Assembly: GCA_040753815.1 (NCBI GenBank)
Contig: JBFMDU010000016.1
Span: forward strand, 64,811-128,810
DNA: 64,000 nt
Reading direction: 5' to 3'
From: Chloroflexota bacterium
Lineage (GTDB): Bacteria > Chloroflexota > Dehalococcoidia > GIF9 > JBFMDU01
Below, in pieces: positions 17,426 to 26,655 of this stretch. The first letter of the stretch is position 1. Each line of letters opens with the position of its first letter. The notes under the pieces are model-generated. The model made no database searches and was not told the DNA's origin. It saw only the letters and a program-made list of their open reading frames with translations. The translations under genes and the position numbers were made by a program.

Positions 17426-20347
17426 ATGAGCAGACGGCTCAAGATCACATTCATATTTGTCTGCGTCGCGCTTCTGGTGGGCCTTGTCCAATGCATACCA
17501 GCCGGCGCACCACCGCCATCCACATTACCTGTCACTACCCCCTCAAATACAGCCACACCAGCACCGTCAACCAGCCAGGGGCCAGCCCCCACACCAAACG
17601 AGATCCGCTTCGAAAGCTATGGCTGGGCCGAGTACGGCGACTGGTGGGCCGAGGCTGCCGTCAGCCCTGCCGTCTGGCGACCCGGCATTCCAATCAAGGT
17701 CACATCCACCCTGAGGGTCCCGGACAGATTCTTTGAAGCCTTCTATACCGCTGGCCAGAAAGCCGATGGCTTTGTACTTCTGGTCACCGCAGAACGGACC
17801 TTCGATGCCGAGGGTCATTTCCGACAGGCCAGCGATGAGCGCATGTCAACGCTGGTGACACCGACCGGCCTGGCCATCGAGGGCGGCATCCAGGGTGCTG
17901 TTACCAACCGCTTCGGCTATGCGTTCAAGACTCCGGTTGACCAGCTCGTCACCATTCCCTTCAACCCACAGCAGACCACCAAGGGCGGCCGCGAGGTCGT
18001 CTTCAATGTCCAGACAACCCTGCCACAGGACCTGCCGCCGGGCATCTACCGGGTCCGCCTCGATTACGGCTTCACCCAGGGCAAGAGCTTCAAAAGTCTT
18101 AGCTGTGAAGGCTTCGCCCGGAGACCCTTTTTCAAAGGCCGGCCAACCGAATCACATTTATTCTCGCCGCCAATTCCGGCCAGCGGCAAAAACATCAGCG
18201 GCAAAGCGGTCGATGCTTCCAAGATACAGCCGCGTATCCCATGGGTAATCCTGGGCGACTACAACTCAAATGGCTACAGGGGCGTTGTCGCTGAAGAGGA
18301 CAAACCCTATTTTGTCCTGTCTAACCGCAACATCATCCAGGACGACGTCATTCTACCGCTCTATAAAGACGATAATAAGACGAAGCTGTCCTATAACCTC
18401 GAGCCTCAGCTCCCGACCGATATTATCGAGACCCGCTCCAACATTCCCTGGGACTATACCAGGGGGGAACTATCTATCGAGGTCACCGGCCCCGATGGAA
18501 AGACAGTCAACCTGGGAAAGTTTCCATTCGTTGGCAAGCGCGGCATGTGGCCAACTACCCGCAAGGCTGAATTCACGGCATGGAAGCCACCGGCTTACGG
18601 CCAGTACACGGTCAAGGCCACCGGCTGGATTGCCGATATCTGGGGCAACCGCTATGAGGGCGGCGGCACCTACAAGTTCTGGATTGCCAAGCGCATGACT
18701 CTGGCCACCGCTACCTTCCAGGGCCAGCCATACCCGGTCGGCAACCGCTACGGCCGTGATATCGGATTCGCTCCGGCAGTACCGGCTGATGTCACTATTA
18801 CCGCCACTCTGTACCCCTACTCCGACCCGAAGCAGGCGAAGACAGTCATCTCCACCGGCAAAGCATCGGCCTCCGGTATTTTTGGTGCGGCGCAAGGGAT
18901 GAAACCGCTTCCTTTTGATGCACCCGGCGAGTACATCGGCCATGTCCTGGCTACTTACACCGACAAAGACAGCCACCTCTGGGTATCCACCATGCGCCAT
19001 GCCAGCGTTGTTTACCCCGAGGACTCACCCATCGAGGCCCACGGCAAGAAAATCTGGCTCAACGGTAAGTTCTATGAGCGCGTTGAGACCCACCGTGAGG
19101 GCTGGGCCGACCGCACCAGGGATGTCCAGTTCCTCGACCACATCAACTTCCCCTATAACCAGGGCGATGTCCTGCTCATCGCCAGCGAACAGGAAGGCGC
19201 CAACAAGATTGAGCCAGTGCTCAACTGGGAATACAAAGGGCAGAAGGTGCCGGATGATGCCCGAATGCGCTCCCACGGCGTCGGCGCTTCAAGTACCAGG
19301 TTGAGGACTTCAAACGGTCTCTCGCCGCACATGTTCCCGGAATACATTGTCGACTGGGAGTATTACTATGCAGGCGCGCCGCGCTCCGGTTTCATGGGGC
19401 GGTTCATCGTTGGCGATGACGGCATCCGCGCCCCTTACTGGCCAACCAGCCCAAACAGCTTCGGCGGCCAGTACAACGCATCTTATAACGGCGACCTGCC
19501 CGGTGATATCTACCGTCTTCTCGGCGGCGTGGTCGTAAGAAAACAGGGCCAGACACCGATGTATGCCGGCTATATGGCCAGCGCCTTCATTTTACCCAAG
19601 GACACGAATAACAATGCGGTCGTCGCCCCGGGTGCTCAAGACATTATCGGCTCAGACGGCTCAAAAGCCCGCTTTTTCATCGTTAGCACCCGCCCCGGCA
19701 TGATGTACGAGGTTGGAACAGTTCTCAGTGTAGTTGCCCAGATAGACCCAATGCTCCCGATCAACGCCAAGGCGACGATGAAATACCCGGACGGCCGCGT
19801 TCTGACCACAGAGGGCACGGCTGATAAGATGGGTTATGTGGTCGGCAAAGACCGCTTCACTCTGGATGTTCCAGGGGTCTATCAGTTCAGCATCGAGGGT
19901 GAGTGGAACGGCTACAAAGGCTACATGCCCGGCCTGCCGCGCGATGGCGGCTATATCTACGTGGTCGAAAAAGAGCGTCCGGCTGGCGTGCCCGACCTCA
20001 AGCTGAACCTGCCACTTACTTCCTACTTCTCACCGGACCGGCCTTTCACCATCTCCGGCACCAGCACCGACAAGGAGGTCTACTACGCCGCGGTTATCCC
20101 CGGCGCTGTCATCGACCAGGGCATAGCTCAGGTAAAGAACGGCAAGTTCGAATACGTCTTCGACCCGGTTTCTATCAGCCAGAAATTCCCGACCTACGAC
20201 ATTATCAATTTAACTACCGGCAAGCCTGAAATCCGGGATGTCGTCCACCTGACCTTCTTCTCTAAAGAGACCGGCCCCGGCGGCGCCACCGGGCATTCCA
20301 TGGTGCGGCTAATTATGCGCGGCACCCAGGTGCTGTACACGAAGTAG
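17426..20347 (+). CDS. Large secreted/cell-surface protein of unknown function
   Basis: 973 aa. N-terminal signal-like hydrophobic segment (ITFIFVCVALLVGLVQC), then a Pro/Thr/Ser-rich linker. The rest has beta-rich composition with no recognisable catalytic motif. Confidence 0.65.
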   Translation: MSRRLKITFIFVCVALLVGLVQCIPAGAPPPSTLPVTTPSNTATPAPSTSQGPAPTPNEIRFESYGWAEYGDWWAEAAVSPAVWRPGIPIKVTSTLRVPDRFFEAFYTAGQKADGFVLLVTAERTFDAEGHFRQASDERMSTLVTPTGLAIEGGIQGAVTNRFGYAFKTPVDQLVTIPFNPQQTTKGGREVVFNVQTTLPQDLPPGIYRVRLDYGFTQGKSFKSLSCEGFARRPFFKGRPTESHLFSPPIPASGKNISGKAVDASKIQPRIPWVILGDYNSNGYRGVVAEEDKPYFVLSNRNIIQDDVILPLYKDDNKTKLSYNLEPQLPTDIIETRSNIPWDYTRGELSIEVTGPDGKTVNLGKFPFVGKRGMWPTTRKAEFTAWKPPAYGQYTVKATGWIADIWGNRYEGGGTYKFWIAKRMTLATATFQGQPYPVGNRYGRDIGFAPAVPADVTITATLYPYSDPKQAKTVISTGKASASGIFGAAQGMKPLPFDAPGEYIGHVLATYTDKDSHLWVSTMRHASVVYPEDSPIEAHGKKIWLNGKFYERVETHREGWADRTRDVQFLDHINFPYNQGDVLLIASEQEGANKIEPVLNWEYKGQKVPDDARMRSHGVGASSTRLRTSNGLSPHMFPEYIVDWEYYYAGAPRSGFMGRFIVGDDGIRAPYWPTSPNSFGGQYNASYNGDLPGDIYRLLGGVVVRKQGQTPMYAGYMASAFILPKDTNNNAVVAPGAQDIIGSDGSKARFFIVSTRPGMMYEVGTVLSVVAQIDPMLPINAKATMKYPDGRVLTTEGTADKMGYVVGKDRFTLDVPGVYQFSIEGEWNGYKGYMPGLPRDGGYIYVVEKERPAGVPDLKLNLPLTSYFSPDRPFTISGTSTDKEVYYAAVIPGAVIDQGIAQVKNGKFEYVFDPVSISQKFPTYDIINLTTGKPEIRDVVHLTFFSKETGPGGATGHSMVRLIMRGTQVLYTK

Positions 20348-20402
20348 CGATTACTTCGTTTTTTGGACCGCCCCATTGCCACCTTACTGAAGAGCGCCAG
20401 GC

Positions 20403-21722
20403 TCAGCTAGCTTTTTGACCATCTGCCATAACACCGCTGCTGACCAGCTTTTCGTAAAGTTGCGGGCGGTCCTTCTTAATGATGCCGACATTCCTGGCAA
20501 GCATCATGGCAGGATAACCTATCCTACCTGCAAAGAGTCCATATACGTAGTCAACGTCTTCATCAGTAGCATGTTTAATCCAGTGATACGCGACGCGGTG
20601 CTGTCCACTCCAGAAGGATGGAACCGCGAAAGTAGCGAAGGCCTTTTGTCGCCATTCTACGTATTCATTATAGCCGGGCTGACCTCCAAGCTCTCTCACA
20701 ATGGCCTTTGCAGCCTTGTATCCCTGGGCGACGGCACCCTGGACCCACGACTCCCCTAGTCCAGCATCGCCAGCGAGAACGACATTGCCAACAACACAGT
20801 CTTTAATCGGGGCCTTAAGCTGCAAAGGCGGCGTACCCATGCGCCGGATTACTTTAACCTTGTGGAACATCGGCGCATACCTGGGGTCTCGCATGAACTT
20901 GTCCAGAATTACCGTCACAGGCATATCTTTGGTTCCCGTAGCACCCACGAGGTTCGTACCGTCCTTCCACATCCCGATCATAAGCGTTGTAAACGGATTA
21001 ATGCTGGGCACGGTAAAGCTAACCCATGAGTTCGGCACATACGGACTCTCAAGCCCCTCAACAATATATTGCATATACGTAGCACCATAGTAGGTTTTGA
21101 CCTCCCTCTTCTCCTCCAACCCAAGGCTCTCCATAATCTTCGACTCGAGACCATCAGCGGCTATTACGGCTCTACCCTCAATTACTTCAGTATTACTCTT
21201 AGACTGCACCTGAACGCGAACACCGCCAGCTACGTTCTCGGCCGCAATGCCAGTGGTCTCAGTTCGTACGGTTGCGCCGGCTTTCTCAACATCTTTTGAA
21301 AGCTGCCCTAAGAAGGTCGCTTTGTCGAAGTAGAAGCCCCAGGGCCAGCAGTCAGGCTTGTAGCGGTAGACAACGTGACCAGACGGAGACACCTGCACCC
21401 AGTTGAGATAAGGTCTAAGCTGTCCCTCATAGTCTACATTAAAGCCAGGACCCCAGAGGTGAAAACGCGTCTTGTTAAGATCCGGCATACACTCAACAGA
21501 TACTGGCTCAATATAGGCGTCAAGATGTTCTTTAACCCCTGACTCAGTTTCGTAGCTGGAACTCATCTTGCACGTGTAGAAGATGGAAGCGCAACCGCGC
21601 GATATCTCCCCCAGATTGCTCTTCTTATCAATGAGGAGTACCTTCAAACCATCTTCGGCAGCCGTCTTGGCTGCCATTAACCCTGCTGGACCACCACCAA
21701 CAATTACTAAGTCATACTTCAC
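20403..21722 (-). CDS. FAD-dependent oxidoreductase (geranylgeranyl-reductase-like family), paralogue 1
   Basis: 439 aa. N-terminal MKYDLVIVGGGPAGLMAAKTAAEDGLKVLLIDKK Rossmann dinucleotide motif and an internal GDAG motif. Paralogous to the 28699-30012 gene. Confidence 0.8.
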   Translation of the reverse strand: MKYDLVIVGGGPAGLMAAKTAAEDGLKVLLIDKKSNLGEISRGCASIFYTCKMSSSYETESGVKEHLDAYIEPVSVECMPDLNKTRFHLWGPGFNVDYEGQLRPYLNWVQVSPSGHVVYRYKPDCWPWGFYFDKATFLGQLSKDVEKAGATVRTETTGIAAENVAGGVRVQVQSKSNTEVIEGRAVIAADGLESKIMESLGLEEKREVKTYYGATYMQYIVEGLESPYVPNSWVSFTVPSINPFTTLMIGMWKDGTNLVGATGTKDMPVTVILDKFMRDPRYAPMFHKVKVIRRMGTPPLQLKAPIKDCVVGNVVLAGDAGLGESWVQGAVAQGYKAAKAIVRELGGQPGYNEYVEWRQKAFATFAVPSFWSGQHRVAYHWIKHATDEDVDYVYGLFAGRIGYPAMMLARNVGIIKKDRPQLYEKLVSSGVMADGQKAS

Positions 21723-21890
21723 AGGTAGTCTCCTTCATAATTATTTGGCATGTATATTAGGACGGAGAGTGTTCGAATAGACCAGTAGACATCCCCTCTC
21801 GAGCCCATCCAAATTTAGAATCCAAAGCGGATTTGACGCTATTGAGTGATTAGGGAGGCTAAATGATACACTCACATAAGATAGCATATA

Positions 21891-21910
21891 TTACCTGACT
21901 AGTCAAGTAA
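21891..21910. promoter_or_regulatory. Near-perfect 20-bp palindrome in divergent promoter region (candidate MarR operator)
   Basis: TTACCTGACTAGTCAAGTAA has 9 of 10 paired positions and a core TGACTAGTCA. It lies in the 300-bp AT-rich gap between the FAD oxidoreductase (-) and marR (+). A second inverted repeat, TAATTCCG...CGGAATTA, follows. Confidence 0.4.
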
Positions 21911-22025
21911 TTCCGTAGCTAATTACTCCGGAATTAATAATCGTATATGACTATAAATACTTGTTCTAACTTTGGCCGTATAGTAATATTGACTCGATTT
22001 ATTAAGCCGATCGAGGCCTTCACAG

Positions 22026-22514
22026 ATGAGAAGAACAATCTCTTGGGAAGAGGGGCAACAACTATGGGTGATGTTCGATACCACATACTATGCCTTGCTT
22101 AAAGCTCGAGACCAGGAGTTAAAGGATGAAGGTATCCTCCTGATGCAGAGCGGCATACTGGCTCTCGTAGTAATGCTTGGGGACAATGCCTTCCCTGCGG
22201 AAATGGCCAGAAGATTGGTAAGAGAGCCTCATTCCGTTTCGCAAATTCTCACACGAATGGAGAGGAAAGGATTGGTGCGGAGGGTGCCCGACCCACGACG
22301 AAGGAATGGGATCAGGATCGAGGCAACCAGGAAAGGGCTGGAAGTCTTTCACTCGGCAAGGAAACGAGGCTCTTTCAACCGTATCATGATACGTATTTCA
22401 CCACGAAAGCGAACGCGGTTGATGCAACTTCTCGATGAGGTCAAACGAAGCGCTCTGCTTGAAACTGGCGGCACGGCCACGTCGGCTCCACCGAGCACTC
22501 GATGGCCCAGCTAA
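22026..22514 (+). CDS. MarR family transcriptional regulator
   Basis: 162 aa. Winged-helix region PAEMARRLVREPHSVSQILTRMERKGLVRRVPDPRRRNGIRIEATRKG is typical of MarR. Confidence 0.8.
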   Translation: MRRTISWEEGQQLWVMFDTTYYALLKARDQELKDEGILLMQSGILALVVMLGDNAFPAEMARRLVREPHSVSQILTRMERKGLVRRVPDPRRRNGIRIEATRKGLEVFHSARKRGSFNRIMIRISPRKRTRLMQLLDEVKRSALLETGGTATSAPPSTRWPS

Positions 22515-22566
22515 TTATTCGTGAAACACTATTGTTGTATACGAAGAAAGAGGTGTGGAAATTCCC

Positions 22567-23610
22567 TTACCACCTCTTGTGTTTAAGTGACCACTCCCTC
22601 GCTTCATCAGCATTCTTCGGCAGGTAATCGGCGAGCATACTGGGCGGGAACTGGCCGGGATGCTGGGTCAGCACCGGCGCGTAGATTTCTGTCCGAATGT
22701 TAGGGATAGTATGCGTCTTGCGGTGGAGGGCAATGGGGATTTGCCAGGAGACTATTTCTTCACGCGAGTCAGTGGCCTCCTGGAGTATCTGGCCATGAGG
22801 GCCGACAATCATCGAGCCGCCGCCACCATAATTGACATCGGGATGGCCGAAGCTTATACCTTGGAGCGTTTCACCGGAGCCGCCATTTGAATAGATGCCA
22901 TAAAGCATGCTGGCGGCACAGTCAGAGCGGAAGATAGTGCGGTAACGCCCATGTCGGAGTCCCTCACCAGCACCGCCGATACAGCGGCACAGGATTTCCG
23001 CCCCGTTGAAGGCAAAGGCCCGGGCAGTTTCCGGCGCGAACCCTTCTGAGCAGATATAAACAGCAATATTGCCAATGGGCGTTTTTGCCACCTGCCAAAC
23101 GGCATCCCACCCATACTTAGCTACATATTTATCAAGGACATCGTGAGCGCAGGTCGAGTACTCCAGACCCATCCCGGGAAAACCGCCGTAGGCTTTCCAG
23201 TGCACATGGATGACACCCTCTTTCGGGCCAATCAGGATTGCCGAGTTGAAGAAGTGACCAGGCCATTCCCGGTCCTGCGTGTGGCTTCCGAAGGCGATGT
23301 AGCAGTTCCACTCTTTTGCCTTTTGCGCCAGAGCTTCGGTTTCCGGACCCGGAACCATGATAGCGACTTTCAGCCACTCATCCCTCGTCCATCGCTCGCT
23401 GAATCCGGTTAGAGTAAACTCGGGAAAAACGAGCAGTTGCTTTCGACCTATAGGCCACTGCTGGGCAACATCGCACAAATAGAGCATGTGCTCCAGGTTA
23501 CGCTTACGGTCGCTGGCGAGGTTCTCCAGCGTCACCGGCCTCGGGTTCATCTGTACCGTGGCCACGGTGATTTCATCATATTCAAGTGGTACTGTTCCGT
23601 ATCCCGACAT
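22567..23610 (-). CDS. Carbon-nitrogen hydrolase family amidase (aliphatic amidase/formamidase-like)
   Basis: 347 aa. Glu in VFPEFTLTGF, catalytic Cys in VYICSEGFAPE, and AEILCRC as in AmiE/AmiF (AELIVRC). Length fits the amidase branch. Confidence 0.75.
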   Translation of the reverse strand: MSGYGTVPLEYDEITVATVQMNPRPVTLENLASDRKRNLEHMLYLCDVAQQWPIGRKQLLVFPEFTLTGFSERWTRDEWLKVAIMVPGPETEALAQKAKEWNCYIAFGSHTQDREWPGHFFNSAILIGPKEGVIHVHWKAYGGFPGMGLEYSTCAHDVLDKYVAKYGWDAVWQVAKTPIGNIAVYICSEGFAPETARAFAFNGAEILCRCIGGAGEGLRHGRYRTIFRSDCAASMLYGIYSNGGSGETLQGISFGHPDVNYGGGGSMIVGPHGQILQEATDSREEIVSWQIPIALHRKTHTIPNIRTEIYAPVLTQHPGQFPPSMLADYLPKNADEAREWSLKHKRW

Positions 23611-23918
23611 GTTTCCTCCTTATAGCATCCCCTGCATACGTAATAGTATTGAAACGCCTACACGGTCAATGGACGATCTTTATCTTGCCACGCTATGGTC
23701 ACACCCACAGGCGGACTATATCATAGACATTGCACCGCCGCCAGAATACCAATCCACATAACAGTTCACGCCGAATCAACAGTATGGTCGTTTTGTCCGG
23801 GGCGGCTAATCCAGTAAAATTACACTAGGCTAATTTTACTACCGCATGCACTTGCCGGCATCGCCCGATGCCTGCTTACGGATTGATGGCTAACTCTCAA
23901 GGAAAGGAGCCTGGAACC

Positions 23919-25511
23919 GTGAACAAACTGTTGATTATCTACTGGACTCAAACCGGACATGTTGAAAGCATGGCCAAAGCCTGCGAAGAAGGCGCCAAGA
24001 CGGCCGGGGCCACTGATGTACGGTGCATCAAGGTGACCGAGCTGACTAAGGCGGACCTGGAAAACTATGAGGTCTTCATCTGGGGGACCGGCAACTACTT
24101 CCAGACCATGGCCGGCATGATCTGGGACTTCTTCTGCAGATACCACTACGACTTGCTGAAAATGCCCAAGGCGAAAAATAAGGTCTATTCTTGCGTCGTC
24201 AGCGCCGGCATCGGTGGGGCAATGTGCCTCGACGGTCTCAACCACCGCCTCCAGGAGCTGAAGTGGAAGCGGGCGTTCGACACGGTGGTGGCCTTCGAAG
24301 AGCCCAAGCCGGAGATTCTGGAGAAGTGCCGCGAACTAGGCAAGAAAATGGCAGAGGTAAACCCGGCGGAGGCCGCCGACCTCAACCCACCCCGAAAGCC
24401 ACGATTTGAATGGCCGGAGTACTTCCGCATGATCGCCTGGAGCGGCGTCGGCGTCGAAGTATCCAAGTCCTGGACAAAGTTCCTGGCCGAAGATACCAAG
24501 ATGAAAATCATCATCACACCGGAGAGCAACACCGTCAACCGCTTCAAATGGACCGGCCTGAAAATGTACCAGCTTACCGCCGGCGGCACTACCGAGACCA
24601 GCCAGATGCTGATGGCCGACCACAAGTACGCCTCCCGTGACACCGGCCCGTGGCCAATCCGCGCTATCTGGGCACAGTCCAAGTCATGCTCTGGTATGTT
24701 CGTCCGCGGCGATTCCCCAATCAAGACCGTCTATGACATCAAGCCTGGCACACGAGTTGCCGATATGCTCCCCTATGCCGCCAGCACCCGCATCGTTGAT
24801 GCCTACCTTGCCTGGGGCAAGATTGATAAGAAGGACGTTACCTGGGTCCCCGGCAAGAACTACCCGGAGAACGTAAAATCGGTTATCGAAGGCAAGTGCG
24901 ATGTCTGCTTCGGCATACCTACCTCACCATCAGTCGAGGAGGCTGAGAAGAACCCTCACGGCATACGCTGGCTGGAATTTAATCCCAACGAGGACCCGGA
25001 AGGATACAAGCGGTTCATCGCTCACGACCCGCTGGTCACTTTCGGTAAAATGCACGCCGGTGTGCCTTCATGCCTCGGCGTCTGGTCCAACGTCGGTGTC
25101 AGCCTCTATACCTGCCATGCCGAAATCAGCGCTATGATGACCACTCGCCTCTGCCGCTGGTTCGATGAGAACTATGAAAAATACAAGAGCGCCCATCCAT
25201 GGAACCAGTGGATGAGCCTCGATACACTGCTCGAAGAGATGGAGCACACCTTCATCCCGGCCCATGAAGGACTGGTACGCTTCCTCACCGAGAAAGGCAT
25301 CTGGACGCCGGTCCACGCCGACCGTCAGAAGCAGAACGTCGAGCTGATTGACCGCTATGTCCGCGCCTATCAGGAGGCCAAAGATATGGCCGATACTAAA
25401 GGCCTAGCCATCCAGCCGGAAAACCAGCAGTGGATTGAGCTCTGGGAAAATTATAAAAAGGAGAAGAACCTCCCGCCTTTCTACCTGTTCAAATCACTTA
25501 AGGAGGCTTAG
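23919..25511 (+). CDS. Fusion protein: WrbA/flavodoxin-like domain + leaderless TAXI-type solute-receptor-like domain
   Basis: A GTG start lies 9 nt after AAGGAG. The N-terminal ~165 aa (KLLIIYWTQTGHVESMAKACEEGAKTAGA) are flavodoxin-like. From FEWPEYFRMIAWSG onward the sequence is colinear with the four other paralogues (NTVNRFKW, ETSQMLMADHKYASRD, YDIKPG, EAEKNPHG, HEGLVRFLTEKGIW). Confidence 0.7.
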   Translation: MNKLLIIYWTQTGHVESMAKACEEGAKTAGATDVRCIKVTELTKADLENYEVFIWGTGNYFQTMAGMIWDFFCRYHYDLLKMPKAKNKVYSCVVSAGIGGAMCLDGLNHRLQELKWKRAFDTVVAFEEPKPEILEKCRELGKKMAEVNPAEAADLNPPRKPRFEWPEYFRMIAWSGVGVEVSKSWTKFLAEDTKMKIIITPESNTVNRFKWTGLKMYQLTAGGTTETSQMLMADHKYASRDTGPWPIRAIWAQSKSCSGMFVRGDSPIKTVYDIKPGTRVADMLPYAASTRIVDAYLAWGKIDKKDVTWVPGKNYPENVKSVIEGKCDVCFGIPTSPSVEEAEKNPHGIRWLEFNPNEDPEGYKRFIAHDPLVTFGKMHAGVPSCLGVWSNVGVSLYTCHAEISAMMTTRLCRWFDENYEKYKSAHPWNQWMSLDTLLEEMEHTFIPAHEGLVRFLTEKGIWTPVHADRQKQNVELIDRYVRAYQEAKDMADTKGLAIQPENQQWIELWENYKKEKNLPPFYLFKSLKEA

Positions 25512-25513
25512 TC

Positions 25514-26635
25514 ATGCCCGCTTACCCCGATTTCAAATGGCCCAGGCGCTTCAATGTCATCAACTGGGCCGGCATGGGCTACGAATCGACGAAAAGCTGG
25601 TCGGAACTGTTCGAGGCCGACACCGGCTGTAAGGTCCACGTCGCCCCCGAGTTCGATACCGTCAACCGCTTCCGCTGGCTGGGCATGGGCATGTTCCAGC
25701 TTACCGGCGGCAACCATAGCGAGACCAGCCAGATGCTTATGGCCGACCGCAAGTACGCTACTCGCGACGGGGGGCCAATTCAGGTTAGGTCGGTCTGGGT
25801 GCATTCCAAAAACAACAGCGGCTTCTTCATGCGCGGCGACTGCAAGATGGTCACACCCTATGATATCAAGCCCGGCACCAAGATGGTCCATATGACCTAC
25901 GTGGCCAACACACGCGTCGTCGAAGGCCTGCTCGCCTGGGCCAAGGTGAAGAAGGAAGACATTGACTGGATACCCGCCAACAACTCAATCGAAAACTATA
26001 AGCTGGTACTTGAGGGCAAGGCGGAAATCGGCTTCAGCTTCCCTAACTCGCCGACGATGCGCGAGGCGGAGAAGAACCCTTACGGCATCAAGTGGCTGGT
26101 GCTCGACGCTGCTAAGGACCCTGAAGGGGCAAAGCGTTTTCAGACAATCGACCCGCTCATCCGCTTCGGCATTATCCCTGAGGGCGGTGTGAAATCAGCC
26201 GCCAATGTACCCAGCACCGAAGGCATCGTTTACGAGGTCACGCTGGAAAGCACCGACCCGGCTTTCGTCTACAACCTGGCCAAATGGTTCGACCTTAACT
26301 TCAAACGGTTTCAGAAGCGCCACCCGGACAACACCTTCAAGAACCGGGAGACCCTTGCCAGAGGACTGCGCTACACCTACATCCCCTGCCACGAGGGTCT
26401 GATTGAATACCTCAAAGAGCTTGGAATCTGGACCAAGGCGCACGACATCCGGCAGAAGAAAAACACTGCGCTTATCAACCGCTATTGCGAGGCCTACCCG
26501 AAGGCGATTGAAGAAGCCGACGACCGCCAGATTGTCGTCGACCCCAAGAACCCGGACTGGCAGACATACTGGGCGGACTACAAGAATAAGCTGGGCATAC
26601 CGGAGTTCAAGCTGTTTGACGACCTGCCTAAGTAG
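25514..26635 (+). CDS. Leaderless TAXI-type (TRAP solute-receptor-like) protein, paralogue 2
   Basis: 373 aa. Starts MPAYPDFKWPRRFNVINWAGMG with no signal peptide and has an AAGGAGG RBS. The C-terminal CHEGLIEYLKELGIW corresponds to the TAXI HpGA..Y motif. Confidence 0.7.
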   Translation: MPAYPDFKWPRRFNVINWAGMGYESTKSWSELFEADTGCKVHVAPEFDTVNRFRWLGMGMFQLTGGNHSETSQMLMADRKYATRDGGPIQVRSVWVHSKNNSGFFMRGDCKMVTPYDIKPGTKMVHMTYVANTRVVEGLLAWAKVKKEDIDWIPANNSIENYKLVLEGKAEIGFSFPNSPTMREAEKNPYGIKWLVLDAAKDPEGAKRFQTIDPLIRFGIIPEGGVKSAANVPSTEGIVYEVTLESTDPAFVYNLAKWFDLNFKRFQKRHPDNTFKNRETLARGLRYTYIPCHEGLIEYLKELGIWTKAHDIRQKKNTALINRYCEAYPKAIEEADDRQIVVDPKNPDWQTYWADYKNKLGIPEFKLFDDLPK

Positions 26636-26655
26636 TACAATAGTAAACCTGACCC

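Noticed and set aside
16745-17491. 248-aa minus-strand ORF
   Set aside because: It overlaps the whole 16964-17410 plus-strand gene and the starts of both neighbours. Its composition is not protein-like, so the plus-strand ORF is preferred.
22548-22578. Hairpin AAGAGGTG-N15-CACCTCTT between convergent marR and the amidase gene, as a bidirectional terminator
   Set aside because: It has a large 15-nt loop, no U-tract, and a 3' arm inside the amidase coding sequence. That is too weak to call.
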